A stretch of DNA of 64,000 nucleotides, taken from positions 1,824,001-1,888,000 of the forward strand of contig OX638351.1 of the NCBI GenBank assembly GCA_951813565.1. Reading direction: 5' to 3'. The translations under genes and the position numbers were made by a program. Shown here one piece after another: positions 10,072 to 19,928 of this stretch. Below the pieces are notes generated by a model. It saw nothing but the letters and a program-made list of their open reading frames with translations. It did not search any database and was not told the DNA's origin. Position 1 is the first letter of the stretch. Each line of letters starts with the position of its first letter. This DNA is from an uncultured Poribacteria bacterium (GTDB lineage Bacteria > Poribacteria > WGA-4E > WGA-3G).

Positions 10072-11548
10072 CAAGTTTACGGGTTGGAAACCCAATCCTT
10101 TAGGTTTGGGAGGAAAACCCGCCCTTGTGTGTTAGACCACCTATTTTGTCAAAACAAATGATTTTTTTGACAAAAAGTATCAAAAATGTTAGCATTATTA
10201 CTATCACGTTGGCAGACATGTTTAGCACTACCGCTTGGTAGTGTGTCTGCCTACCCGCTAAACAAGGGTTAAAGACGTGATACGTGATAGTCTATGAAAC
10301 GAACCTTTAAATATCGGGCATACCCGATGGTTGCTCAAGAACGCTGGTTGTTTGATGAGTTGAAGCACCAGAAAAAGTTGTATAACTATATGCTTCAGAT
10401 GCGTTCGCAGATGTGGGAGTATGGTAGTATTTCTGTGTCTATGTATGACCAGATCAATCACCTTGCGAAACTTCGTGAATCCAACTTGCACTATTCTGAA
10501 CATCCGCAGGATATGCAGGTGTCTACCATCAAACGCGTCAACGCTGCGCATCAAAACTTCTTTGGCAGATGCAAAGACCCGAAAGCGAAAAAGAAAGGTT
10601 CCCCAAAGTTTAAGCGTTCTGTCCGATCGGTGACGTGGAATTTGCGAAAACACAAACTCAAGACAGGTGAACGTGTCCGTCAAAATCCTATCCGTGGAAC
10701 AGGCGCGCGGCTGAACCGATTGAAAGTTCCGAAACTTGGTGAAGTCAAAATCCGTCAACACCGTCCGCTCATCGGAGACCCGAAAGAGGTCACGCTGAAA
10801 AAGACGGCGCGTGGCTGGTATTGCTTTATCGTTTGCGAAGTGCCTGATACGCTGAGATGTGTTCCGAAATCCGCTTGTGGTGTGGATGTCGGCACACACG
10901 ACTTTCTGACGACCTCTGATGGCGAAACGACACCGAACCCCCGATTTTACCGAACCGCTGAACGCAAACTTGCCAAACTTCAACGCGTCCTTTCTCGTAG
11001 ACAGCGGGGTAGCAACCGTTGGTATAAGGCACGCGTGGCATTGGCAAAACAATCCGATATTGTTGCCTGTCAACGTCTTGACTTTATCGCGAAAACGGCT
11101 TACTCTCTTTTCCATCACAAAGGCTTTGATGCCGTTGTTGCCGAGAAACTCAAACCGAGCAATATGATAAAGAATAGATACCTTGCTAAGTCCATCTCTG
11201 ACGCGGCTTGGGGCATGTTCTTTGACTGGTGCGATTGGGTTGCCAAACGCGATCGCAAACATTTCCATCAAGTGCCTCCACACCAAACAAGCCAAACTTG
11301 TTCGCAGTGTTGCCAAAAATCCAAAGTCAAACTGGGGTTGGCTCAACGTGTGTTCCATTGTCCATCTTGTGGCTTGAAACTTGACCGCGACCACAACGCG
11401 GCTTTGAATATCTTACACAGGGCAGCTTGTGCCCTTCGTGGAGAGGTATGGGATACCATCCTCTATGAAACGAGAAACCCGTTATTACAACAGGCTTGTT
11501 GGGGTTAACCTCTTAACAAGCCCAAGTCTTTAGGCTTGGGGACTTGAC
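10072..11548 (+). mobile_element. IS200/IS605-family element, tnpB-only (IS1341-like)
   Basis: Left hairpin cccaatcctttaggtttggg after TCAT|CAA; right hairpin cccaagtctttaggcttggg ending gacttgac; no tnpA. Confidence 0.8.
10294..11508 (+). CDS. tnpB: RNA-guided endonuclease TnpB
   Basis: MKRTFKYRAYP start; RuvC residues GVDVG, AEKL, DRDHNAA; Zn finger CSQC...CPSC. Confidence 0.95.
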   Translation: MKRTFKYRAYPMVAQERWLFDELKHQKKLYNYMLQMRSQMWEYGSISVSMYDQINHLAKLRESNLHYSEHPQDMQVSTIKRVNAAHQNFFGRCKDPKAKKKGSPKFKRSVRSVTWNLRKHKLKTGERVRQNPIRGTGARLNRLKVPKLGEVKIRQHRPLIGDPKEVTLKKTARGWYCFIVCEVPDTLRCVPKSACGVDVGTHDFLTTSDGETTPNPRFYRTAERKLAKLQRVLSRRQRGSNRWYKARVALAKQSDIVACQRLDFIAKTAYSLFHHKGFDAVVAEKLKPSNMIKNRYLAKSISDAAWGMFFDWCDWVAKRDRKHFHQVPPHQTSQTCSQCCQKSKVKLGLAQRVFHCPSCGLKLDRDHNAALNILHRAACALRGEVWDTILYETRNPLLQQACWG

Positions 11549-11579
11549 AAAGGCATTCAAAAGACTTTCGCTATACTTC

Positions 11580-11608
11580 TTGACAAATCTATGTAAATTG
11601 GTTAAACT
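11580..11608 (+). promoter_or_regulatory. Putative sigma70 promoter of the GT9 gene
   Basis: TTGACA-17 nt-TAAACT just upstream of ATG 11616. Confidence 0.45.
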
Positions 11609-11615
11609 AAAAAGG

Positions 11616-12731
11616 ATGTTCCAGAATGCAGCCGAAAGTCTCACGCTAATTGCTTCTGCTGCTGTGCAGTGGCTTTTTTATAGAAAACCTTTGCCGAAGG
11701 ACTTTATCCCAGAACGCATTCTCGTTGTTAAACTTGACCACCTCGGAGATGTCCTATTAGCAACACCGGTGTTTTCTAATTTCCGTAAGTCTTACCCAAA
11801 CACTGAATTGCACGCGCTCACTGGGGCATGGAGTCGTGTTATTTTGGAAAACCACCCTGACGTAGATAAGGTGTTAGAATACAATTCGCCTGCATTTTGC
11901 CGATCTGGACAACCGACATCTTTTAAGAATGCCCTGCAATTCTACCGTCAATTACGTCGCCATAAATACGATCTGTTAGTAGAACTTCGGGGTGATTGGC
12001 GTATTGTTTTGTTTGCTCTTTTACGTGTTGCTCCGAGACGGCTCAACCGCGCATCTTTACAGATTGCAAACAAGTTAGGTTTCTCACAATTCAGTGGGAC
12101 ACACGAAACAACACGGAACCTTGACATATTAAAACGATCAGGTATTCCAACACCAATACAAACTACTACTTTCTCAATAACAGAAGAAGATGAAAAATGG
12201 GCATCTAATTTTCTTCAAATGCATCAGATCGACATAGAACAGCCTTTTATTGTTATTCATCCCGGATCTCCAATCCCATTAAAAAGGTGGCAGCCTGAAC
12301 GCTACGCTGAATTAGCTGATTGGCTAATCACACAAAAACATGCACAAATATTGTTTGTCGGCGTAAAGGATGAAATCCCGATTATAAGCCAAATTCAAGA
12401 CCTAATGGAAGGAAAGTCTATCAACATTGCTGGCAAAACAACTATAACACAATTGGCATCTATCTTGCACACATGCAACGTGTTTATTGGAAATGATAGT
12501 GGTCCGATGCATCTCGCTGCAGCCGTGGGCACTCAAACAATTGGACTCTACGGTCCCGGCGATCCGAAACGATTTGGCCCTGTCGGAGACAAGTGCCAAA
12601 CTATTCGAAAGAAACCGGACTGTCCCCCATGTTTAGGTGCTAACTGCCGATTTGGAACAGATGGGTGTATGTCTAAAATTCAGGTAGACGATGTAATTCA
12701 GATACTCAAAAATTCTGACTATTTGCATTGA
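11616..12731 (+). CDS. Glycosyltransferase family 9 (ADP-heptose:LPS heptosyltransferase-like)
   Basis: KLDHLGDVLL, IHPGS, KRWQPERY, GNDSGPMHLAAAVG. Confidence 0.92.
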   Translation: MFQNAAESLTLIASAAVQWLFYRKPLPKDFIPERILVVKLDHLGDVLLATPVFSNFRKSYPNTELHALTGAWSRVILENHPDVDKVLEYNSPAFCRSGQPTSFKNALQFYRQLRRHKYDLLVELRGDWRIVLFALLRVAPRRLNRASLQIANKLGFSQFSGTHETTRNLDILKRSGIPTPIQTTTFSITEEDEKWASNFLQMHQIDIEQPFIVIHPGSPIPLKRWQPERYAELADWLITQKHAQILFVGVKDEIPIISQIQDLMEGKSINIAGKTTITQLASILHTCNVFIGNDSGPMHLAAAVGTQTIGLYGPGDPKRFGPVGDKCQTIRKKPDCPPCLGANCRFGTDGCMSKIQVDDVIQILKNSDYLH

Positions 12732-12913
12732 CAAACGGTTGCAGGTAATAATAGGTCTGTTCCTAACAATAAACCTTAAAAACCGAAAACTGAATGCTCC
12801 TGCAATGAATTAAGGAAACTCATAATGTTTACATTTACGGAGTTTGTAGTAACGCAATTCTTTCTGGTATAACAAAAACGAACCTTAAATGCACTAAAAA
12901 GCATTTAGTACTA

Positions 12914-13927
12914 ACGTGAGTTTGATAAATAGTTTTAGTTGTTACATGTCATTGGAAACGGATAATTAATATCCTTGAGTTCTTTGCGTTTGAGTGAGGG
13001 TTTTTTCTTCAAATAGGTATAAGCGATCAAGGCAGCAACTGTATTGACTTGGAAGTTAGCATAACTTCTATGCCGTGTGTGTTGGATCTCTGTCTGAGTT
13101 TTGAGTTCTTTATTCACCGGCTCAATGAGCATCCGTTTTTTCAGGAGTTCTGCGTCAGCATCAGATAAGGGTTCGGGTTTCATGTTCTTGCGCACTTTGT
13201 AAACAAGTGACACACCCCCTTCCCGCAGTTTATCCCGCAGCTTTTTGTTGATATACCCTTTATCGGCATAAAGTTTGCCAAATAGCCCTTTGGTCAACTG
13301 TGGCACAGGTTTCCGGTCATCTGTGTTTCCGGGTGTCACCATAGCAGACAACAACTCACCTTGATCGTTGATGACGAGATGCAGTTTGAACCCGTAGAAC
13401 CATCCCATAGAGGTTTTGGATCGTTCTGCCCCATCAGCGAAGACACGATGCGCTGAAATCCGACGATTATGGCAAACTGGAAGTGGCGTTGAGTCAATGA
13501 AGGAAGTCCCATTACATTCACCGAAACGGGTGTTTAGAAGAATAGACAACGGCATCAAAACCTCTTGGGCAAGCTGCACAAACCGACTATAGCTGACAAG
13601 GTTTGGAAACGCCCAACGGAGGTTGCCACAGACATGCTCTTGATAATAGCTTTTGAAGTTTTTACACTTATGTTGATGAAAATAAATAAGTATTGTCATA
13701 ACTTCGCTCGGATGAAGACACCTAAGTCTGCCACGGGTATTGCTTGTTCCGGATATTTCTGGCAACTGGTGTTGTGCTTGATATTGTTCATACAAAAGAA
13801 AAAAGTCGTCAATTTTACAGAAAAGTGTTATGATATCCATCAGAGAACTCCTTATGTAAGTATTTGGTATACTTCATAATAACAAAGGGGTTCTCTATTT
13901 ACCAGTTTTTAATTATCAAACTCACGT
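12914..13927 (-). mobile_element. IS982-family insertion sequence (1014 bp) with 8-bp target duplication TAGTACTA
   Basis: Inverted ends ACGTGAGTTTGATAA / TTATCAAACTCACGT; TAGTACTA at 12906-12913 and 13928-13935. Confidence 0.92.
12935..13840 (-). CDS. IS982-family DDE transposase
   Basis: LFCKIDDF, SEVMTI, FIDSTPLPVC, GWFYGFKLHL, LYADKGY, RMLIE. Confidence 0.95.
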   Translation of the reverse strand: MDIITLFCKIDDFFLLYEQYQAQHQLPEISGTSNTRGRLRCLHPSEVMTILIYFHQHKCKNFKSYYQEHVCGNLRWAFPNLVSYSRFVQLAQEVLMPLSILLNTRFGECNGTSFIDSTPLPVCHNRRISAHRVFADGAERSKTSMGWFYGFKLHLVINDQGELLSAMVTPGNTDDRKPVPQLTKGLFGKLYADKGYINKKLRDKLREGGVSLVYKVRKNMKPEPLSDADAELLKKRMLIEPVNKELKTQTEIQHTRHRSYANFQVNTVAALIAYTYLKKKPSLKRKELKDINYPFPMTCNN

Positions 13928-13935
13928 TAGTACTA

Positions 13936-14303
13936 CTATACTTTGGACAATTTTAGCTGTTTTCGTGAGGTTGGGTTAGAGAAAAACATATAGTTTTCAT
14001 ATTGGACACCTGTCGCCCCGCTGGGGCTGAAGCGGGTTGTTTACCGCGTTTCTATACACCTGTCGCCCCGCTGGGGCTGCCCAAAAGGTATTTTTGGACG
14101 AGTTCTTTCAGCAAGCAAAATCGCAGAAAATATAAATAATATAAGATGACACCTTAGCCCCAGCGGGGCGACAGGTATATAGAAGAAGGTAATTGCCGCT
14201 GTCTAAAGCCCCAGCGGGGCGACAGGTGTCCAATATTTTGCTTTGGACACCTAACAGTTTCTCAGCAAGTCCTCGAACAATATGTAAATTGTCCAAACTA
14301 TAG
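13936..14303. mobile_element. MITE with CTATA(C/G)TTTGGACAATTT inverted ends carrying four GCCCCGCTGGGGC REP-like palindromes
   Basis: Inverted ends at 13936 and 14303 flanked by TTAGTACTA; two direct and two inverted copies of acctgtcgccccgctggggct. Confidence 0.75.
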
Positions 14304-14376
14304 TTAGTACTACAATATTCAAACATATTTTTAGATTGATTATAACATCAACTTGTGATTTAATGGAGGAATAGAG

Positions 14377-15042
14377 ATGAAACCGAAATCAACGCAGATT
14401 CTATTTATACTTTTCACAATCGGTATCCTAATTACCCACATTGTCGGGTGCGGTAGTGATGATGACACCCCAGCAGAACCTACTGAGACATCTTCAACCG
14501 AAGAATCTACCGAGGAAGTGGTTATTGCATCAAGTAAACCGATTGACTATGATGCTGAAAAACAAGCTATCCAAGAAGTCTTCAGCACTTTTTACCTTGC
14601 CTTTAATAATAGAGATATGCCAGAGTTAAAGAAAACATGGCACGCAACCACCGCAGCTGAATTCGCTGTTGTTTGGGTCGCTGGAGGCTTTAATGAACAA
14701 GTTGGACCCACTGTAAGTTGGGCGAACGTTGAAGCAACAATACAACAAGGTTTGTGGGTTGGTCAAGGCACTGCCGGACAAAAATGGGGAAATACTAACC
14801 GGTTGTCCGAATTTTGGATTAGAAGAAAAAAAACAGGTTCAAGAGAGTTAGAAGCCAGCGCAAGAGGATTGAATTGTTTTAGACCTGGCGCTCCAGGGAC
14901 GACCCTTGTTTATCTTGTCAAAAAAAATGATAAATGGTTAATTGAACAGATAGATAGTATGACACAACCGAGTCTCGCCTCTCGTAGAGGCAAACCACTT
15001 ATTAGTAAATACTTTACTGACCCAGATGCCAAAGCTGAATAA
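14377..15042 (+). CDS. Hypothetical lipoprotein, possibly NTF2-like
   Basis: Lipobox IVGC, acidic linker, EKQAIQEVFSTFYLAFN...KWLIEQI; ggagg RBS. Confidence 0.6.
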   Translation: MKPKSTQILFILFTIGILITHIVGCGSDDDTPAEPTETSSTEESTEEVVIASSKPIDYDAEKQAIQEVFSTFYLAFNNRDMPELKKTWHATTAAEFAVVWVAGGFNEQVGPTVSWANVEATIQQGLWVGQGTAGQKWGNTNRLSEFWIRRKKTGSRELEASARGLNCFRPGAPGTTLVYLVKKNDKWLIEQIDSMTQPSLASRRGKPLISKYFTDPDAKAE

Positions 15043-15235
15043 GCTGCCCCATTTTGTGCAGCTTCTAACCTACTTGCCCTATTTTGTGCAGCTTTTACGC
15101 TCTCAATATAGGGTTTACCCGCATATACCATATACTTTCTAATGGCATATAAATTGCATAGAGAAGTATAGGTTTAGTTTATTAATTTTAAAGTTTGTAT
15201 CAAAAACCAAATTTGTAATATTTTTGTGAGGTGAA

Positions 15236-16720
15236 ATGATGAGTGCTAAAAGAACATCTGGTGCCTTTATGACTTCACTTCTACTCCACTTAGTTTTAGT
15301 TCTTATTGCGGGACTCTATTTTGTTACGCAAACACAGACATTTAAGGATTTAGTTGGAATAGAAACGTTTGATCCGCCGGATCCACCGAAGCCTAAGGTA
15401 CGAAAACCTATTGTCAAGCAGATTATGAAACCGATTGTCCCGGTAGAAAATACGGTTGTCGTTGAACAAGTTCAAGTTCAACCGCGTTTAACAACTGCTT
15501 TCGCGCCAAAGACGACTCAAAATATCCAACAAACGGTACTGGAATTTTCTAACCAAGCCGTCAAGGTAGATGCTCCGATTAATCCAAATGTACCGAAAGT
15601 TGTTAGACCGAACGCACCAGTTCCAGAGGTGGTTACTCACACCGATTTACCCGTGTCAAATGCTCCCAGCGCTTTGGCTTTTGCTGGTCCTGCAGCAAGT
15701 GCACCTTCCGCGGGCCCCACTAACATTTCCCGTGGTGTCGCAGGAAGTCCCGTTCAGGTGAAAGTAACATTTCAACGTGCCCCAGGACTCGCGATGGTTG
15801 AAAACGTCGGTGTAGTTCGCGACGCACTTGGTAATGTTGCTGAAAGCATCACACTTGGTAACGTTGAAGTTCCACCATTGCCCAAGGGTGAACCGGGTGG
15901 ACGCGTCATCGGTAAAGGTCGTGATATTCGTGGTGTCCTCCGCTTTACGCGAATCCGCCATACCCTTTCTGACTGGTGGGCTGATTCTTCTTCGTTGAAT
16001 GCTCTTACCAAATGGCTCAACGAGAAAACCAAGATTAAAACGGATATGAATGTTGAAGGGGGATCACTAAAACTGACAGACTCAAATTTATTTAAAACGC
16101 CACTCGCTTTTATGACAGGACACGATCCGGCACTCACGCGGTCGCGGAACCTGCTCGGAAAACAGTATGGTGGTGGTAAAATGGATAGTCGGTTTACCGA
16201 AGCAGAAGCTGCCGGACTTCGTAAATACCTTGTTGAAAGAGGTGGTTTCTTGGTCTTTGACGACTGCGGTGTAAACGCTCCCGCACAAGCGATGGTGCGT
16301 TTGTTCATCGCACAAATGCGCTATGTCATGCCCGAATACCAAATTGAACGGATTGACAATACCCACGAGATCTATGACAACTTCTATACAATAGGTGGAC
16401 CTCCCGTCGGATTTGATATTTTCTGGTGGGGCACACGTCCGCCAAAACGGAATTACCTTGAAGGGTTCTCCGTAGGTGAAAAATTGTCCGTTATTGTCGT
16501 CCGCCGTGACTATATGTGCGCAATGGAAGCTGTTAGTTTACCAACACGGAGTGTCCACTATTCGCCTGGTGTCTATCGTTTCATGACGAATGTTGTCGTC
16601 TATGCTTTGACACACGGTGCCATTTCCGATTACAAAGGTTATGTGCCTGAAGATACTTTAGCGCAGAAGGAACTTCCGAAACGCGCGCCTGAAGCAGCAA
16701 AAATTGGAGCAACTGAATAA
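15236..16720 (+). CDS. Membrane-anchored DUF4159-domain protein
   Basis: TM helix SLLLHL, Pro-rich linker, FMTGH, LRKYLVERGGFLVFDDC, TNVVVYALTH. Confidence 0.8.
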   Translation: MMSAKRTSGAFMTSLLLHLVLVLIAGLYFVTQTQTFKDLVGIETFDPPDPPKPKVRKPIVKQIMKPIVPVENTVVVEQVQVQPRLTTAFAPKTTQNIQQTVLEFSNQAVKVDAPINPNVPKVVRPNAPVPEVVTHTDLPVSNAPSALAFAGPAASAPSAGPTNISRGVAGSPVQVKVTFQRAPGLAMVENVGVVRDALGNVAESITLGNVEVPPLPKGEPGGRVIGKGRDIRGVLRFTRIRHTLSDWWADSSSLNALTKWLNEKTKIKTDMNVEGGSLKLTDSNLFKTPLAFMTGHDPALTRSRNLLGKQYGGGKMDSRFTEAEAAGLRKYLVERGGFLVFDDCGVNAPAQAMVRLFIAQMRYVMPEYQIERIDNTHEIYDNFYTIGGPPVGFDIFWWGTRPPKRNYLEGFSVGEKLSVIVVRRDYMCAMEAVSLPTRSVHYSPGVYRFMTNVVVYALTHGAISDYKGYVPEDTLAQKELPKRAPEAAKIGATE

Positions 16721-16763
16721 CAATCTATTTTAGAATTATTCAATTGCTATCTTTTTCTATCAG

Positions 16764-16810
16764 AAATCTCCCGATGACAGACTTTTTAAGTTGTCGTCGG
16801 GAGATTTTTT
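16764..16810 (+). terminator. Rho-independent terminator
   Basis: aaatctcccgatgaca...tgtcgtcgggagattt stem followed by a T run. Confidence 0.75.
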
Positions 16811-16997
16811 GTTGGCAATACTCTTGTGGGAGGGTTTTGTAAGCCCGATTTCAATGTAAATTCAGTTAGTTGCTTGTCTGTTTGTAGTCGTGAAATTCAT
16901 TGTGCTTTTTGGCACTATCTTACATTTCAGAACTAAAAAACTATGGTAGATTTTGGAATTACTTGGACACTCTGCACCAGCGAGGTTAGGAAACCTC

Positions 16998-17256
16998 CAA
17001 ATCAAGAAATCAACGCTACAAATCATGGCGAATGCCATACGCGCATTCGTCTTTAGGCATTTGGCCAAATCAACGCTGAATACGCTTTTGGTATTCAGCC
17101 AAATCAACGCAGCATGCGCCAAATCAAGAAATCAACGGTATGAATCATGGCGAATGCCATACGCGCATTCGTCTTTAGTCATTCACCGGGTCCGAATGCC
17201 TGTTGGCATTCCCCGTATGGCATGCTGCGGGTATGAATGCCATTTAGGCATTCCCC
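16998..17256 (+). repeat. Tandem and nested array of ~35-bp CAAATCAACG-hairpin units inserted in a REP-like hairpin
   Basis: Host gcgaggttaggaaacctc^gcctacc is interrupted; four AAATCAACG leaders and several ATGC..GCAT hairpins. Confidence 0.8.
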
Positions 17257-17504
17257 GCCTACCGAGGGAGGCAAGTGTCTATTTATTTTTATAATTCACC
17301 ATAAATAGTCTTGATAACTCAAAGAAATATAGATTCTCCAACAAAATTATGCTATCATAGAACTAATACCAATTCTATGAATTATTTTTTTTTTGAAAAT
17401 AAATGTCCGAGGCGCAATGAATTGCGCGACTACAAACGGTCTATTTCTTTACGAGGCATTATTTTTTAGAAATGGTATAACAATTAATTAGAGGTGAAAA
17501 TAAA

Positions 17505-18341
17505 TTGAAACTTGGCGTATCTACCTATTCATATTGGCATTTTAAAACTGAAAAGGTACCGATTGAACATGTCATTGAAGAAGCCGCACGACTTGAACTC
17601 GACGGCATTGAAATCTTACATCAACAGATGACGACCGAAGCTAATCCCTATCTTCAGAAACTGAAGCGGCTCGCGTTTATTCATGGACTTGATTTGTACG
17701 CACTCTCCATTCATCAAGGTTTCGTTTCTCCAGATACGGACACGCGGCAAAAAAACATCAATCATACGATACACTGCATACGGTTAGCGCATGAACTCGG
17801 CATCCCATCAATACGACTCAACTCGGGGCGATGGGGAACTATCAAATCCTTTGATGAATTAATGAAAACTGAAGGGAAAGAGCCAACCTTACCCGATCAC
17901 ACCGAAGATGAGGCATTCGATTGGGTGATAGCGTCAATTGAAAAGTGTCTCCCAGATGCTGAGAAATACGGGGTAATCCTTGGGCTTGAAAATCACTGGG
18001 GGTTGACATGTGCACCAGAGGGCGTCAATCGCATTCTCTCTACTATTGACTCAGAATGGTTAAAGGTAACAATGGATTGCGGCAATTTCCTCTCCGATCC
18101 TTATGATAAACTTGCACAGATCGCTCCCGAAGCAGTGCTTGTTCATGCAAAAACTTATTATGGTGGAGGGGAATGGTACACTTTAGACCTTGATTATGCA
18201 AAAATCGGAGAGATTCTGCGGCGTGTTGGATTCCACGGATATGTGTCTATTGAGTTTGAGGGAAAAGAGGATGCACACATCGGAGTGCCACAAAGTGTGG
18301 AAATGCTGCGTAACACCCTCAATGCCAAAAGCGATCTATAA
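17505..18341 (+). CDS. Sugar phosphate isomerase/epimerase
   Basis: GVSTYSYW, DGIEIL, LGLENHWG, MDCGNF, HAKTY, GYVSIEFEG; TTG start with gaggtg RBS. Confidence 0.9.
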   Translation: MKLGVSTYSYWHFKTEKVPIEHVIEEAARLELDGIEILHQQMTTEANPYLQKLKRLAFIHGLDLYALSIHQGFVSPDTDTRQKNINHTIHCIRLAHELGIPSIRLNSGRWGTIKSFDELMKTEGKEPTLPDHTEDEAFDWVIASIEKCLPDAEKYGVILGLENHWGLTCAPEGVNRILSTIDSEWLKVTMDCGNFLSDPYDKLAQIAPEAVLVHAKTYYGGGEWYTLDLDYAKIGEILRRVGFHGYVSIEFEGKEDAHIGVPQSVEMLRNTLNAKSDL

Positions 18342-18348
18342 TTACAAT

Positions 18349-18379
18349 AAAAAGGGCGGGTTTGTGCTCGCCCTTTTTT
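18349..18379. terminator. Bidirectional terminator between convergent genes
   Basis: aaaaagggcggg-tttgtg-ctcgcccttttt. Confidence 0.7.
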
Positions 18380-18390
18380 ACATTTATCTA

Positions 18391-18550
18391 ATACCATTTC
18401 AAAAAAATAAGATTTCATTATGAGATTTGTATGTTCACTCTCAAGTGAAGAATGTCCGAGGCGCAATGAATTGCGCTTGGTGAATGTGCGTCCGACATTC
18501 ACATTAAACGCGTTTTTTGTTAATGAAAGGCGATCAATTAGAAATGGTAT
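18391..18550. mobile_element. MITE with ATACCATTTC/GAAATGGTAT ends; related copies at ~17366-17478 and ~21515-21671
   Basis: Inverted ends; interior near-identical to 21570-21671. Confidence 0.65.
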
Positions 18551-19661
18551 AACTTGTTTCCCAAGGTGCTACTTCACCAACTGCTTGTGGTGCTGGGAAA
18601 CGACTTGATACATCAACAGGTTTTCCTAAATCTGACGACTCAAGCACCCGTTCACAAACCTCTAACACATGCCGTGCTTGCGCCCCGTTACACCTTGGGA
18701 TTCGGTCATTTCTAATCGCATCCGCAAAGTCCGCTACACCCTTTCCCCAATCCAAACCCGTGAATGCCTTCGGTGGGGAGGATTCGTCCTGCCATCCCGA
18801 TTGTGGTGTGAATTTCTTGATGCCTCGACCGTCATCATGAGCCTGAATGGAGAACCCTCCTTTTGTGCCATGGATTTCGTACGGAGGAATCTGTGAGGTT
18901 ACGGTAAAACTGTGGTAGATGAAACCGTGCGAACCACCTGCTTGTGGAACATCAAATTCAAGTACAGCGAACCCATGATCCTTTTCAGTGACCTCAAATT
19001 CAGTGCCTTGACGTGGCCCTTGGGTTAACACCCGTTTAGGCACAGCCACTCTTGCAAACCCATGAACTGTTTTGACTGGACCTATCATTGTTGTCATTGC
19101 AGTCAAAGGATAAGGTGCGACGTCTCGGAAGGGGCCTGCATGTTTTAAAAACGCATCCGCATTCGGATGCCAATGTTCCAAAGGACCACCGAAGTTGCCA
19201 AGGGCAGAAATTACATCACCAATTTCACCGTCGCGAATACGTTTCCAGACGTTCTGCTGAACATAACCGAGTATAGCGGATGGCGCACATGCCAGTTTCA
19301 AGCCATTAGCTTCTGCTGTTTCTACAAGTTCGTTCGCTTCATCGGTCTTGATAGAAATCGGCTTTTCAGAATAGACATGCTTACCTGCTTTCAGTGCTGC
19401 TAATGATACAGGATAATGTGAAATATGGATAGTCAAATTCACAATCGCTTCCACATTAGGGTCGTTCAAAACATCTTCAAGCGAGGGATAGACCTTCCCA
19501 CCACCTCTTTCTGCAAGTGCTGATGCACGCGCTTCGTCTTGGTCATAATAGCCAACCAATTCAATCTGATTCGGGTACGCTTGACATCGTGGTTGATAAC
19601 CGCCTGCTGCAATCATACCGCATCCAACGATCACAGTCCGTAACGGGGTTGTGTTAGACAT
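18534..19661 (-). CDS. Gfo/Idh/MocA oxidoreductase
   Basis: IVGCGMIA, GKHVYSEKP. Confidence 0.92.
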   Translation of the reverse strand: MSNTTPLRTVIVGCGMIAAGGYQPRCQAYPNQIELVGYYDQDEARASALAERGGGKVYPSLEDVLNDPNVEAIVNLTIHISHYPVSLAALKAGKHVYSEKPISIKTDEANELVETAEANGLKLACAPSAILGYVQQNVWKRIRDGEIGDVISALGNFGGPLEHWHPNADAFLKHAGPFRDVAPYPLTAMTTMIGPVKTVHGFARVAVPKRVLTQGPRQGTEFEVTEKDHGFAVLEFDVPQAGGSHGFIYHSFTVTSQIPPYEIHGTKGGFSIQAHDDGRGIKKFTPQSGWQDESSPPKAFTGLDWGKGVADFADAIRNDRIPRCNGAQARHVLEVCERVLESSDLGKPVDVSSRFPAPQAVGEVAPWETSYTISN

Positions 19662-19928
19662 TCAAATTCTCCTTTTTGATCGCTAATTCACATTTTAAGC
19701 ATAGCAAATTCTTAAATTTATGCCAATAGAAATCAGGTTTTGACCATGATTATTTAGTTTTGGGATTTTCTTGTGATATTTTTCACAGATGTTTACCCGG
19801 TAGGTGCGGTTTCCTAACCACACCTGACGCCAATAAAACAAGATAAATCCTGTTAATTTGGTATAATAACGTGAGTTCAACATAGGTTAGAGAAATCTGA
19901 CACAATAATATCATAGTATCACATATTG

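Noticed and set aside
10258..11394. 378-aa minus-strand ORF (and 363-aa ORF 20139-21230)
   Set aside because: Antisense shadows of tnpB with no recognisable motifs
14007..14230. CRISPR-like repeats (also 21333-21485)
   Set aside because: Only two direct copies followed by inverted copies, a REP/BIME-like layout
15043..15096. Short direct repeat attttgtgcagctt
   Set aside because: Two copies only; likely a local duplication
16998..17256. CRISPR array
   Set aside because: Repeat is only ~10 nt, the intervening sequences are related hairpins, units are nested, and there are no cas genes
16953..17294. ORFs across repeat regions (also 36897-37220, 44780-45055, 60377-60682)
   Set aside because: Spurious frames through REP/MITE DNA with no RBS
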